Origin: a virus
Lineage: Duplodnaviria; Caudoviricetes
Virus record (IMG/VR): IMGVR_UViG_3300047160_009226
Location: 64,001-128,000 of that record
Direction: 5' to 3' (one strand)
Length of the DNA stretch: 64,000 bases
Shown: positions 8,789 through 16,966 of the stretch, piece after piece
Position numbering within the stretch: the first letter of the stretch is position 1
Layout of the letters: every line of letters begins with the position of its first letter
The notes under the pieces: model-generated
Databases searched by the model: none
Told to the model about the DNA's origin: nothing
Seen by the model: only the letters and a program-made list of their open reading frames with translations
Program-made: the position numbers and the translations under genes

Positions 8789-9232
8789 TCACTCGGCCAT
8801 GACTAATTGCTCAGCCGGTACCATTGCGATCAACCTCCTAACCCCCCTATCTCCTTTCACCTCCACCAGAACCGGCTGGTGCCCGAATGGAGCGTTCAAT
8901 GCACCGAAAGTATCCTGCGTAGCCTGATAAATTTGAGACGGCTCTAGGATTACAGTGGTTGCTCCTGCTTTAACTTGCACTCTCTCTGTCGGTCGGACTC
9001 TAGTGCCCTTGACAAAAGGATGATCATCAGCAGGTTGCAGTCGAACTAAAAGTGCAATTCCATAGAGTGTGCCACAAACAGTGCACTGAACCTCAGAACG
9101 ATTATCACCTTGAACGATATGAGACTTACGACAACACGAAAACCGAAGTGTCCCAGAAAAGGACACTTCAGTAATTTCAGGCGGCTCTGTAAATTGATCG
9201 TTAGGGTCCTTCTCCTGCATGACCCCTCCCAA
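8789..9232 (-). CDS. Hypothetical zinc-finger protein
   Basis: CC...CTVC pairs; no family recognised. Confidence 0.6.
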   Translation of the reverse strand: MGGVMQEKDPNDQFTEPPEITEVSFSGTLRFSCCRKSHIVQGDNRSEVQCTVCGTLYGIALLVRLQPADDHPFVKGTRVRPTERVQVKAGATTVILEPSQIYQATQDTFGALNAPFGHQPVLVEVKGDRGVRRLIAMVPAEQLVMAE

Positions 9233-9235
9233 TGA

Positions 9236-9580
9236 CTATTTTGGACTAAAAGAAGGCTCCTTCTCCGTCACCAACGCAAAAGTCGGCAAGTAGTCTGGAT
9301 CAGTAAGCATATATGTGTCATTCACATGGAAATACTCGTCCTCACCATCAGCCCGAATCCCGGTCGCCTGAACCTCAAACAACCCGGCCTTAGCAATCAG
9401 CTCGATCCCTGGCCCTAAAATAGGAGCAATCTTCCATTGAAGCTCCTTAATCTTTTCCCAAATTGAAGCCTTTTGATCCCAATCCTCGACTGACTTCTTC
9501 TGATTCCAGAGCTCCGCAAGATGCTCAAGCGCCTGAACCATCTCCTCATTGAAGAGAACAGGCTGAGTCGAATTCGACAT
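9236..9580 (-). CDS. Hypothetical protein, paralog of 10018..10452
   Basis: LEHLAEL...IWEKIKELQWKIAPILGPGIE resembles LEYLKEL...LWEKIDEIRLQVIPILSPWIE. Confidence 0.7.
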   Translation of the reverse strand: MSNSTQPVLFNEEMVQALEHLAELWNQKKSVEDWDQKASIWEKIKELQWKIAPILGPGIELIAKAGLFEVQATGIRADGEDEYFHVNDTYMLTDPDYLPTFALVTEKEPSFSPK

Positions 9581-9629
9581 GATCTCTCTCCTAAAAATTG
9601 AAATCGGAGGAACCCCTCCCCCTTAAATG

Positions 9630-9658
9630 ACTATACTCTGACCTCAGCCCGCTTTCGC
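9630..9658 (-). promoter_or_regulatory. Phage promoter P1 (GCGAAA-N17-TATAGT)
   Basis: Matches a motif repeated about 15 times upstream of accessory genes. Confidence 0.75.
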
Positions 9659-9674
9659 CTGAAAATCCATTTTT

Positions 9675-9884
9675 TTAAAATTTTGATGGCTTGAGTCGTT
9701 TCACCGCAGCCCTCTGACTTGCAATCATCTCACGAGTCCTGGCCAGTTCTTCGGCCCATTGACCAGTGTTCGCCAGTGTCAACTTTCCACTTCCACCAAC
9801 TTCCTCAAGCAGAAACCGCTCGGTTTCCTCCAGGATTTCGAGTGACTCTTCTGCTTTTGTAAGTTCATCATCTGGCGTACCCAT
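9675..9884 (-). CDS. Small hypothetical protein (start moved to MGTPDD)
   Basis: GGAGG SD before ATG at 9884; the longer track ORF overlaps the tRNA. Confidence 0.6.
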   Translation of the reverse strand: MGTPDDELTKAEESLEILEETERFLLEEVGGSGKLTLANTGQWAEELARTREMIASQRAAVKRLKPSKF

Positions 9885-9901
9885 CAAGGAACCTCCCCCG
9901 A

Positions 9902-9984
9902 TACGGACGGTGGGATTCGAACCCACATAGGATCACTCCCGAGGGATTTTAAGTCCCTTGCGTATACCATTCCGCCACGCCCGC
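9902..9984 (-). tRNA. trnL: tRNA-Leu (anticodon TAA), CCA not encoded
   Basis: GCGGGCG/CGTCCGT acceptor stem, TGGCGGAATGGTATACGC D arm, AGGGA-CTTAAAA-TCCCT anticodon arm, long variable arm, GTGGG-TTCGAAT-CCCAC T arm. Confidence 0.95.
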
Positions 9985-10000
9985 TACTGCCCATGAATTG

Positions 10001-10027
10001 AGTCCACCGGCTGCAGTTCACGGATGA
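10001..10027. repeat. 27-bp direct repeat, copy 1 (26/27 identical to 10540..10566)
   Basis: AGTCCACCGGCTGCAGTTCACGGATGA. Confidence 0.9.
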
Positions 10028-10452
10028 GTAGAAACAACAAAAGGATCGGTGATATTGTCTGAAGGTTCGTCACCGTCATCACCGTCATTCCCGTGGTCTC
10101 CCCCATCATACTCCTGATCCCCGTTTTTGCTCACCAACGTAATATTGGCCAGCACATCAGGATCGCAATCATCGACCCACAGATGGTGAACAGGACCGAA
10201 CAGCGGCGTCTCCAAACCAAGTTGATGCGTCAACAAACCAGTTTGAATCATCCACTCGATCCAGGGCGACAAAATAGGGATGACCTGGAGTCGAATCTCA
10301 TCAATCTTCTCCCACAAAGGATCTGAATTGCGGTCAGCGTCCAACCGACCATGACGTTTCACGTACTCATCCTGAAGTTCCTTGAGATACTCAAGACTCC
10401 GAACCATCTTCTCCTGAAGGGCGACGGGACGAATCGAATCTGACATCATCAT
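10018..10452 (-). CDS. Hypothetical protein (moron cargo), paralog of 9236..9580
   Basis: ATG run after a GGAG SD downstream of promoter P2; acidic tail. Confidence 0.7.
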   Translation of the reverse strand: MMMSDSIRPVALQEKMVRSLEYLKELQDEYVKRHGRLDADRNSDPLWEKIDEIRLQVIPILSPWIEWMIQTGLLTHQLGLETPLFGPVHHLWVDDCDPDVLANITLVSKNGDQEYDGGDHGNDGDDGDEPSDNITDPFVVSTHP

Positions 10453-10490
10453 CTCTCCGGTAAAAGTGAACTTTCTCAACCTCTCAATTC

Positions 10491-10519
10491 ACTATACTCG
10501 ACTCAACCCTGAATTTCTC
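10491..10519 (-). promoter_or_regulatory. Phage promoter P2 (GAGAAA-N17-TATAGT)
   Basis: Perfect consensus match. Confidence 0.8.
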
Positions 10520-10537
10520 ATCGATTCTCAGGAACAC

Positions 10538-10873
10538 TCAGTCCACCGGCTGCAGTTCACAGATGATCGGATAATCAACTCGCTTCCCAGTCCAAAAGTC
10601 CGGTCCACCGTTGCGAAGTTGTTCTATCTTGAGTTCCCCTAACTCCTTAGTGCCATTCCAGACAATAGTCCGACCTTCGTTGTGAATGCACACTGCCAAC
10701 TTCACGCTCTTGTCCAACGGATAACTAAAGACCTTCATGAACAGTTCAACGACATACTCAAAGGTATGGTCATCGTCATTGAAGACCACAATGATATGCA
10801 TCGGATGTAACTTAGGTCGTTGCTCCGTTTCCTCAACCTCATCCAGTTCCGGTAAAGCAACGGCCTTGCTCAT
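10538..10873 (-). CDS. clpS: ATP-dependent Clp protease adaptor ClpS
   Basis: VVFNDDDHTFEYVVELFMKVF...IHNEGRTIVW N-degron-binding signature. Confidence 0.92.
   Translation of the reverse strand: MSKAVALPELDEVEETEQRPKLHPMHIIVVFNDDDHTFEYVVELFMKVFSYPLDKSVKLAVCIHNEGRTIVWNGTKELGELKIEQLRNGGPDFWTGKRVDYPIICELQPVD
10540..10566. repeat. 27-bp direct repeat, copy 2 (3' end of clpS)
   Basis: AGTCCACCGGCTGCAGTTCACAGATGA; encodes the last codons of ClpS. Confidence 0.9.
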
Positions 10874-11625
10874 TTGAACTCCCCTTGATTGAGCTTGGTC
10901 TGATGATAGGTGCGACTTTCATTCTCGCCCACATCCTGACCTTTGAAGTAATCCTTCTGCCATTGCCGCTTACGCACATCCGGATCAGCCCACAAGAGCC
11001 CTTGAATGAACTGCATCCGAGACTGAGACCAGGCGGTATAACGTTCATGCAATACCGGGTCCTGAATCATACCACGCACCTCTGGTTTCAGCATCTCAGT
11101 AAGATAACGTGGTATCGGAATGACTCGGCAAATCGGTTCACCAGCAGCGAACCTCACCCAACAATATGGACGGGTGAAGATCCAATTCATGGTAAACTTG
11201 GCCGACGACCAGTCCGTCTCTACCACGCCTTCCAACGGATAGACCGCATCTTTTGGACTGTTCGGTGTACCCTTGGCCCATAAGTTAATACCACCAGGTG
11301 TTCGAAACAGATACGGAATGTGGAAAGTGATAACGCCATTGCCGAATTCGTTAGTTACTATCGGAGTCCCATATTGTGCCATTCGAATAACAACATCGCC
11401 CACCCCAACACCACCAGTCCAGTACGCCCAGAACTCTACTGGATTGAGTACATCCCAGCCCAACTGATTAGCAATAGTAAGAGGCAAGCAACGATATGCA
11501 AACTGATTAGCAGTGCAGTCCATCCAGTCACGCTCACGCTGTCCGCGTCTCAGCGGAGCCAAATCAATCATAATAGGATACGCAACGAACTCACCCGATT
11601 TGATCACTAGTTCGTTCGGAATCAT
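10870..11625 (-). CDS. DUF6065-family protein
   Basis: RDWMD...FAYRCLPLTIANQLGWDVLNP, PLEGVVETDW, FTMNW. Confidence 0.75.
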   Translation of the reverse strand: MIPNELVIKSGEFVAYPIMIDLAPLRRGQRERDWMDCTANQFAYRCLPLTIANQLGWDVLNPVEFWAYWTGGVGVGDVVIRMAQYGTPIVTNEFGNGVITFHIPYLFRTPGGINLWAKGTPNSPKDAVYPLEGVVETDWSSAKFTMNWIFTRPYCWVRFAAGEPICRVIPIPRYLTEMLKPEVRGMIQDPVLHERYTAWSQSRMQFIQGLLWADPDVRKRQWQKDYFKGQDVGENESRTYHQTKLNQGEFK

Positions 11626-11972
11626 AATCGCCTCGAATCAGGATCCCCCGGATCGCCATTATACGTCCAAAGACGCCCTCCCATCGGTCCCAAAATCTGA
11701 TAACCTTTCCTAGCAAATTCCAAATCATCCCGCCTCATCTGTGCTTCCTTCCGTGCTCGCTCTATACCCCGACACCAAGCGCACAATGATTGTCGCTTCG
11801 GATCGATTCCATCCCCACAAACCGCACACTGACCTGACTTCCGTTTGATAGCGGCAGCCCGCCGTGCCACATCCAGATACGCCAGGTGCTCTGGACTTGG
11901 CCGATTCCCCCTACTGACCTCACGCCTCAGTTCTGCCTGCATCTCAGCCAGATCTGACTTCATGAGTGTCAC
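11622..11972 (-). CDS. Hypothetical zinc-finger protein
   Basis: CAVC...CAWC; coupled overlap with neighbours. Confidence 0.6.
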   Translation of the reverse strand: MTLMKSDLAEMQAELRREVSRGNRPSPEHLAYLDVARRAAAIKRKSGQCAVCGDGIDPKRQSLCAWCRGIERARKEAQMRRDDLEFARKGYQILGPMGGRLWTYNGDPGDPDSRRL

Positions 11973-12271
11973 CTGATAAATGCTGGTCGTTCCTGAATGA
12001 TGCTATCGTCCAGACTGGATGAATTATATAACATTCTGTCAATACCACCCTGATTCACCCCATCCGCTATTGTACTCAAATGGCAGTCGAAAACCTCCAG
12101 TTTCGTAACCCGCAAATTGTAAGTTTCGACTAGCGTTTGAGCATGACGAAACGAGTCCTTGATGGCATCTCGATCTGACTTTGCAAGAAAGTAAGTCGGA
12201 AGAATAGACTTGCCCAGAAGATCTGGTATGATCCACATCTGCACCATGTAACACTGCACTGAAGTTTCCAT
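11969..12271 (-). CDS. Hypothetical protein
   Basis: 100-aa ORF in the same strand and operon. Confidence 0.55.
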   Translation of the reverse strand: METSVQCYMVQMWIIPDLLGKSILPTYFLAKSDRDAIKDSFRHAQTLVETYNLRVTKLEVFDCHLSTIADGVNQGGIDRMLYNSSSLDDSIIQERPAFIR

Positions 12272-12332
12272 CGGCAGTTCCCACCCCTAAGAGAAAAATG
12301 GTGCGGACTCTTTCGAGCCCGCACCTTTATGA

Positions 12333-13691
12333 TCATAGATCTTTCAACGGCAGGTTCATACCCCACGGTTGATGCTGTTTCGGACCCCAAAGAGCCCACA
12401 ACACCGGATATGCAGGAGCCGCATCAGGTCGATCACCACCACACTTCCCATCGGTGAAATAGACCAGACACGACGGTGGATCAGACAGATTGTTGTCTAC
12501 CCACTCAAATGGTGGTTTGAAACTAGTGCCCCCACCACCACGAGTCGCCCACACCACTTCCTGGTTAACGTCATACACGTCGACATTGCCTCGAATCGAG
12601 TCATCACAGAAAATCAACGTCAACGTATGATCACCCAATTGCTTCCTAATCAGTTCGACATTGGATGCAAACAGATTGAGCCCTTCCTTCTTGATCGACC
12701 CTGATGTATCGACCACAATCACAATATTGATCGTAGACGACTTCAAACCAGGAACGATCAGACCGCGACTCAGATACGATCGGTTAGGTCGACCATAAGA
12801 ATAATCAGCCATCGCATTCATAACGATGAACTGAGTCAAGATCGACCAGTCATCCTTGACCTGATCAGCCTGTGGTGTTGCAGTCCGCTGAGCAGTACCT
12901 GTCCCCTTACCAGCCTCTTCTCCACTTCCACTACTACCTTCCTCAGCAGCCTTGAGATCGCGTCTGATGGCGATCTGAATCTTCTTCGGATTCATTGGTT
13001 TAGGAGCTTCACCTGCATCCTTGGCTTCCTGCGAAATCTCAACTGGACCACCATTGCCATTGACTACCAGGACCCAGTTGCCATCTTCGTCCACCATTGC
13101 ACCTTCCGGTGCATCTGCAGGATCTCCTGTACCACGGAAGATGTGAACATCGAAGTTCTGTGGCTTCCCGTTAGCCTTATCATACGGATTGTTGAGCAAG
13201 AATTCATAAATCTGTTCCATGCTCATGTTGTAGAATCGCTTATCATAGATACCGCGATTCTTACCCGTCGGAAACTTCATCTTCCGATAGGCCTTTTTTC
13301 GGACCAGTGGAACCAAGATCTGATGAATCGCATAGTCAGCAGCCAGATTCAATCGGCGAAGAACCTTCCTGAGTGCTGATCCCTCCAACCCCTTCTGATA
13401 GCGAGCCCCTCTCCAGATATGACCGTTCGCCACATGAAAGACTTCATGCGCCAATAGAAACAAAAGCTCCCGATCAGACAAACTAGCCGTAAATTCGGGA
13501 TTCCAGTAGAGCTTCACCCCATCGACTGCAGCGGTGGCACACCAGCCGCGAGTCATCGTGAGATGCAGACGAGCCGCATGGTGATGCCAATATGGAAACA
13601 CCCCTTCCAATGCCTCTATTGCCTCATGCCACCGATCCTCTTGGATCAGCATCTCAGCGTCATCGAGTAAAACCTCCGAACCCACCGACAT
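12333..13691 (-). CDS. DUF2201-type putative metallopeptidase + VWA domain protein
   Basis: LLAHEVFH zinc motif, VVVDTSGS MIDAS, RGGGGTSF, YFTDG. Start moved to ATG 13691 (GGAGG SD, downstream of P3). Confidence 0.88.
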   Translation of the reverse strand: MSVGSEVLLDDAEMLIQEDRWHEAIEALEGVFPYWHHHAARLHLTMTRGWCATAAVDGVKLYWNPEFTASLSDRELLFLLAHEVFHVANGHIWRGARYQKGLEGSALRKVLRRLNLAADYAIHQILVPLVRKKAYRKMKFPTGKNRGIYDKRFYNMSMEQIYEFLLNNPYDKANGKPQNFDVHIFRGTGDPADAPEGAMVDEDGNWVLVVNGNGGPVEISQEAKDAGEAPKPMNPKKIQIAIRRDLKAAEEGSSGSGEEAGKGTGTAQRTATPQADQVKDDWSILTQFIVMNAMADYSYGRPNRSYLSRGLIVPGLKSSTINIVIVVDTSGSIKKEGLNLFASNVELIRKQLGDHTLTLIFCDDSIRGNVDVYDVNQEVVWATRGGGGTSFKPPFEWVDNNLSDPPSCLVYFTDGKCGGDRPDAAPAYPVLWALWGPKQHQPWGMNLPLKDL

Positions 13692-13724
13692 CTGCACCTC
13701 CCTCGAAAGAACAACCGACATGAT

Positions 13725-13753
13725 ACTATACTCGTGCCTCACAAAAATTTCTC
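13725..13753 (-). promoter_or_regulatory. Phage promoter P3
   Basis: GAGAAA-N17-TATAGT, perfect match. Confidence 0.8.
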
Positions 13754-13789
13754 CACTCGGTAAATAAATTTCTCCATCTACCGAGTGGA
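13752..13789 (-). terminator. Stem-loop abutting P3
   Basis: 11-bp perfect stem TCCACTCGGTA/TACCGAGTGGA followed by GAAATTTTT. Confidence 0.6.
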
Positions 13790-13795
13790 TTAAGA

Positions 13796-15334
13796 TCAGA
13801 ACGGCGCGATATCAGAAGTCATCCCGGTGTACGATGGGATCGTTTGTAACAATTCATCCCCGAACCTTTCACCCAAAGCACGAAGACCCAACTCACGATA
13901 TTCGCCATTGAGCTTCGAATTTTTCATCCAAAAGATCACATTTTCCAAGATCTCAGGATCGTCAGTACAGTTAGCAACCACGGCAATAATGACCGTCTGT
14001 GCCCGATTAGGATCGGTTTCGACGTAATTCTTTGCCTGTCCATTCAGAATACTGTCAACAGACTGGATCATCCTGTCGTATCCCTCACAGTGCTTAATGA
14101 ATTCCCTTGCAGCAGCCGTGCCCACCAGTGACGCGATGCCGACACCCTGGTCCACCGGGCTCAAATCCGAATTTAACACCAAATTACATGAAGCCCAAGA
14201 CCGTGGCGAAGGCCAAGCTTCACCGGAAGTCGTAGGCAACATCTTATGGAGGAAATCTTCACTGCGAAGCGTCAAGAACGAGATAATCCGAGGATCAATT
14301 CCTCGCGACAGTGCCCAATTTCTCCAAGCCTTAATAGTTGCCTTAACCGTCAAGTGAGCCAGACGATTCGCAAGTGGTGAGGGCATCTGATACGCTACAC
14401 CACGATCAGTAACACGATTACCAGCACAGACGATGATGCAATCTTTAGGAAGTGGAGTCGACCCGATCATCCGATTAAGTGTGATCTTATAGGCAAGCGC
14501 CTGAATCGACTGTGGAGCCGTCGTGATCTCGTCGAGGAACAGAACACAGTTCGGCCCCTTCGGAATCATGTCAAGAGGCAAAAACTTAGTAACCTGCTCG
14601 TTAAAGTCAGGTACTCCAACCCCTTGCATCAAAGTGGGATCCATGCTCGAAAGACGCCAGTCGAAGATTTCCTTCCCTCGCTCATGCGCCCAATCCTGTA
14701 CCGCATCAGACTTGCCCACTCCAGCCGGACCCCAAATCATTATAGGCTTCACCATACCAAACTTATCGAGAAATAACTCGATCTTGTCAACCGACACAAC
14801 CGGAGATCCATCAGCAGGGGATTCAGCCAACCCAGTCACAGAAGGAGTGACTTTCTTCTGCGCTTTAACAACCTGCTTCGATGCAATCTTCGGAGCCATC
14901 GGAGCATCTAAAACCGCCGTACCACCACCTGAACCACCAAAACTGCCACCGTTTCCAAACACGTTTCTGTTTCCCTTGTTCACCCCCCTTGACACTCCAA
15001 CGCCAGGACGGATCGCCGAGATCACGCCAGCAGGAAGAGCATCACCCTGGATTGACTGAATTTCATATTCACCAGATTTGTGTTTCGCTGTTTGCGGACC
15101 GTAAACCCGAACCGGAAAACGCAAAAATGTATTATGCGTCCGATCGAGTAAACTGGCCGGACAGTAATACCGTGTCCCCAGAAACGACTTCCGAATGAGC
15201 TGCCCTTCTGGATCGACCATACCGGTGCCATCCAGGAAGTTCCCGGCAGACTGTGACGATCCGTCCCGCACGACCAAGAACCAGTAATTGTGCTTCACAT
15301 GCGACGGATCTGTAACTTTCGCGATCTGCGGCAT
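13796..15334 (-). CDS. MoxR-like AAA+ ATPase with N-terminal extension
   Basis: IMIWGPAGVGKS, LFLDEITTA, CAGNR, PLANR, PSPRSW. Confidence 0.9.
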   Translation of the reverse strand: MPQIAKVTDPSHVKHNYWFLVVRDGSSQSAGNFLDGTGMVDPEGQLIRKSFLGTRYYCPASLLDRTHNTFLRFPVRVYGPQTAKHKSGEYEIQSIQGDALPAGVISAIRPGVGVSRGVNKGNRNVFGNGGSFGGSGGGTAVLDAPMAPKIASKQVVKAQKKVTPSVTGLAESPADGSPVVSVDKIELFLDKFGMVKPIMIWGPAGVGKSDAVQDWAHERGKEIFDWRLSSMDPTLMQGVGVPDFNEQVTKFLPLDMIPKGPNCVLFLDEITTAPQSIQALAYKITLNRMIGSTPLPKDCIIVCAGNRVTDRGVAYQMPSPLANRLAHLTVKATIKAWRNWALSRGIDPRIISFLTLRSEDFLHKMLPTTSGEAWPSPRSWASCNLVLNSDLSPVDQGVGIASLVGTAAAREFIKHCEGYDRMIQSVDSILNGQAKNYVETDPNRAQTVIIAVVANCTDDPEILENVIFWMKNSKLNGEYRELGLRALGERFGDELLQTIPSYTGMTSDIAPF

Positions 15335-15371
15335 TTTCTTCTCCGGTGTTGATTACCACGACCAACACCTT

Positions 15372-15400
15372 ACTATACTTAGCCCGCAGAAAATTTTCCC
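15372..15400 (-). promoter_or_regulatory. Phage promoter P4 (GGGAAA-N17-TATAGT)
   Basis: Consensus match. Confidence 0.75.
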
Positions 15401-15407
15401 ATCAATT

Positions 15408-16544
15408 TTAGTCTTCCCAGGGCAATCTTTTCATTTCTTCATCTTCAGTCACAACTTCTTCTGTTGCGGCTTTCTGATCAGATTCCTTCCTCGTATACAC
15501 TGATTGATCTCGTGGAAAGAAACTCGGAATAAATGGTCTGGCTCCAACCATCCGACTATACTCAGGTAAACTTCCATTTTTCTTCGCGTCGTTATAAGCT
15601 TGTCGACAGACATCGAGATGCGCTGATATCATGTCGAGATGATGAAGGATAATAGCTTCTGGCGTTTTGGGCTTGACAGCGCCCATTTCCTGCCCATGAT
15701 GAGCTGCCAATGCGTGCATAAGTCGTAGACCACGGTCAATCGCTTCTGATGAATCCTTGACCCAGTATCGCTCGACCATCAAGACCCCGACAATCGTATG
15801 CTCCAGACAGTCGCTGATCGGATTAGATTGAAACTGCAGCGTCCTCTCATCGTAGTCATAGACCTTGCCAATGTCATGAAGAACAATCCCTGCCCGAAGA
15901 ATCTGATAATCGATCAGACCGGGATAATGCTCTGGTCCATGCACATGAAAAACATCTTTGCTAGGATCTCTCCCACCAGGATCAAGAACACTTTGCCCAA
16001 ACACATTCGCGTTGCAAATTCTCTCAGAAAACTCCAGCATCTCGTCGATATGAAGTAGGAATCCACCACGAACACTGTGGTGATAAGAAGCTCCCGCCGG
16101 AATTGCTTTGATCTTCTCCCACACTCCGTCTCGCTTGAGATGTTCTTCTACACCTTTCATAAGAGTCTGCATGCCATGATCCCAAAATGGCCAATGGAAC
16201 ATCCTGTCAATCACTCGATCCACATCGATAACTGATTTCTCCACGAATTGTTCCTTGACTGCCTCATGAACCTCATCAAGCTTATAAAGCCAATAACCAT
16301 TAATAACCAGTTGTTTCTGCCCTCTGAACACATTCTCATAAGACTTCACTTTCCCCCAGTACTGACCTTCCTGAGGCAGATAACATTCCTTGATTCCTTC
16401 GAGGCCATCACTCCAGAGACGAGCCTCGTACTTGTCTCCTTTTGCATCCAGAAGTTCCAAAGCGTAATATGGCTCGTTATTCTTAGTAGTTCGACGCTCA
16501 GAACGAACCACTTTGAAATCAACTTTGATCTCGTCTCGTGGCAT
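15408..16544 (-). CDS. YhaM/Cbf1-like 3'-5' exoribonuclease (OB fold + HD domain)
   Basis: N-terminal OB fold (EARLWSD), PAGASYHH, LHDIGK, HHG, PKTPEAIILHHLD. Start set at MPRDE. Confidence 0.88.
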   Translation of the reverse strand: MPRDEIKVDFKVVRSERRTTKNNEPYYALELLDAKGDKYEARLWSDGLEGIKECYLPQEGQYWGKVKSYENVFRGQKQLVINGYWLYKLDEVHEAVKEQFVEKSVIDVDRVIDRMFHWPFWDHGMQTLMKGVEEHLKRDGVWEKIKAIPAGASYHHSVRGGFLLHIDEMLEFSERICNANVFGQSVLDPGGRDPSKDVFHVHGPEHYPGLIDYQILRAGIVLHDIGKVYDYDERTLQFQSNPISDCLEHTIVGVLMVERYWVKDSSEAIDRGLRLMHALAAHHGQEMGAVKPKTPEAIILHHLDMISAHLDVCRQAYNDAKKNGSLPEYSRMVGARPFIPSFFPRDQSVYTRKESDQKAATEEVVTEDEEMKRLPWED

Positions 16545-16965
16545 TGCGATTCCCTTTCGTGGATCTCTTGGGTGTGGATCTCTTGGGTGTAGACTTAGTA
16601 GCCTCAACTTCTCTTTCAGCCTGAGTCCGTAAACTTTCACCTACGCAAATAAGTGCCGCCACTGCTCCCTGAGCCCTACACAACATACTCTCATGAGTCA
16701 AGAATTCTCGGAGTGCTGCGGGATCATTGGCTATGTCTCCATCCTTCGCTTTGGCAAGACGGTCTATGGCCTCGGCCATCCAGGAAATTGCCGTTGGTAA
16801 AAACGGCACGTATTTCTGCAATTCCCTGACTTGCCCCTCGATAAAAACAGGAGAACTCTCTCCAGAGGAGACTTGTGTAAGAATCCCTAGGATGGTCGAT
16901 AAGAGTTGATGTTCAATGTTGATGACTACAAGCGGTTTCTTACCCACAGACTCTTTTTCTCTCAT
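16519..16965 (-). CDS. Hypothetical protein with a short STPKR tandem repeat
   Basis: GAGG SD before ATG 16965; 15-bp duplication near 16559-16590. Confidence 0.6.
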   Translation of the reverse strand: MREKESVGKKPLVVINIEHQLLSTILGILTQVSSGESSPVFIEGQVRELQKYVPFLPTAISWMAEAIDRLAKAKDGDIANDPAALREFLTHESMLCRAQGAVAALICVGESLRTQAEREVEATKSTPKRSTPKRSTKGNRNATRRDQS

Positions 16966-16966
16966 C

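Noticed and set aside
7956-8790. Group I introns around the GIY-YIG genes
   Set aside because: Flanking genes are complete and closely abut the endonucleases; no P7 consensus seen.
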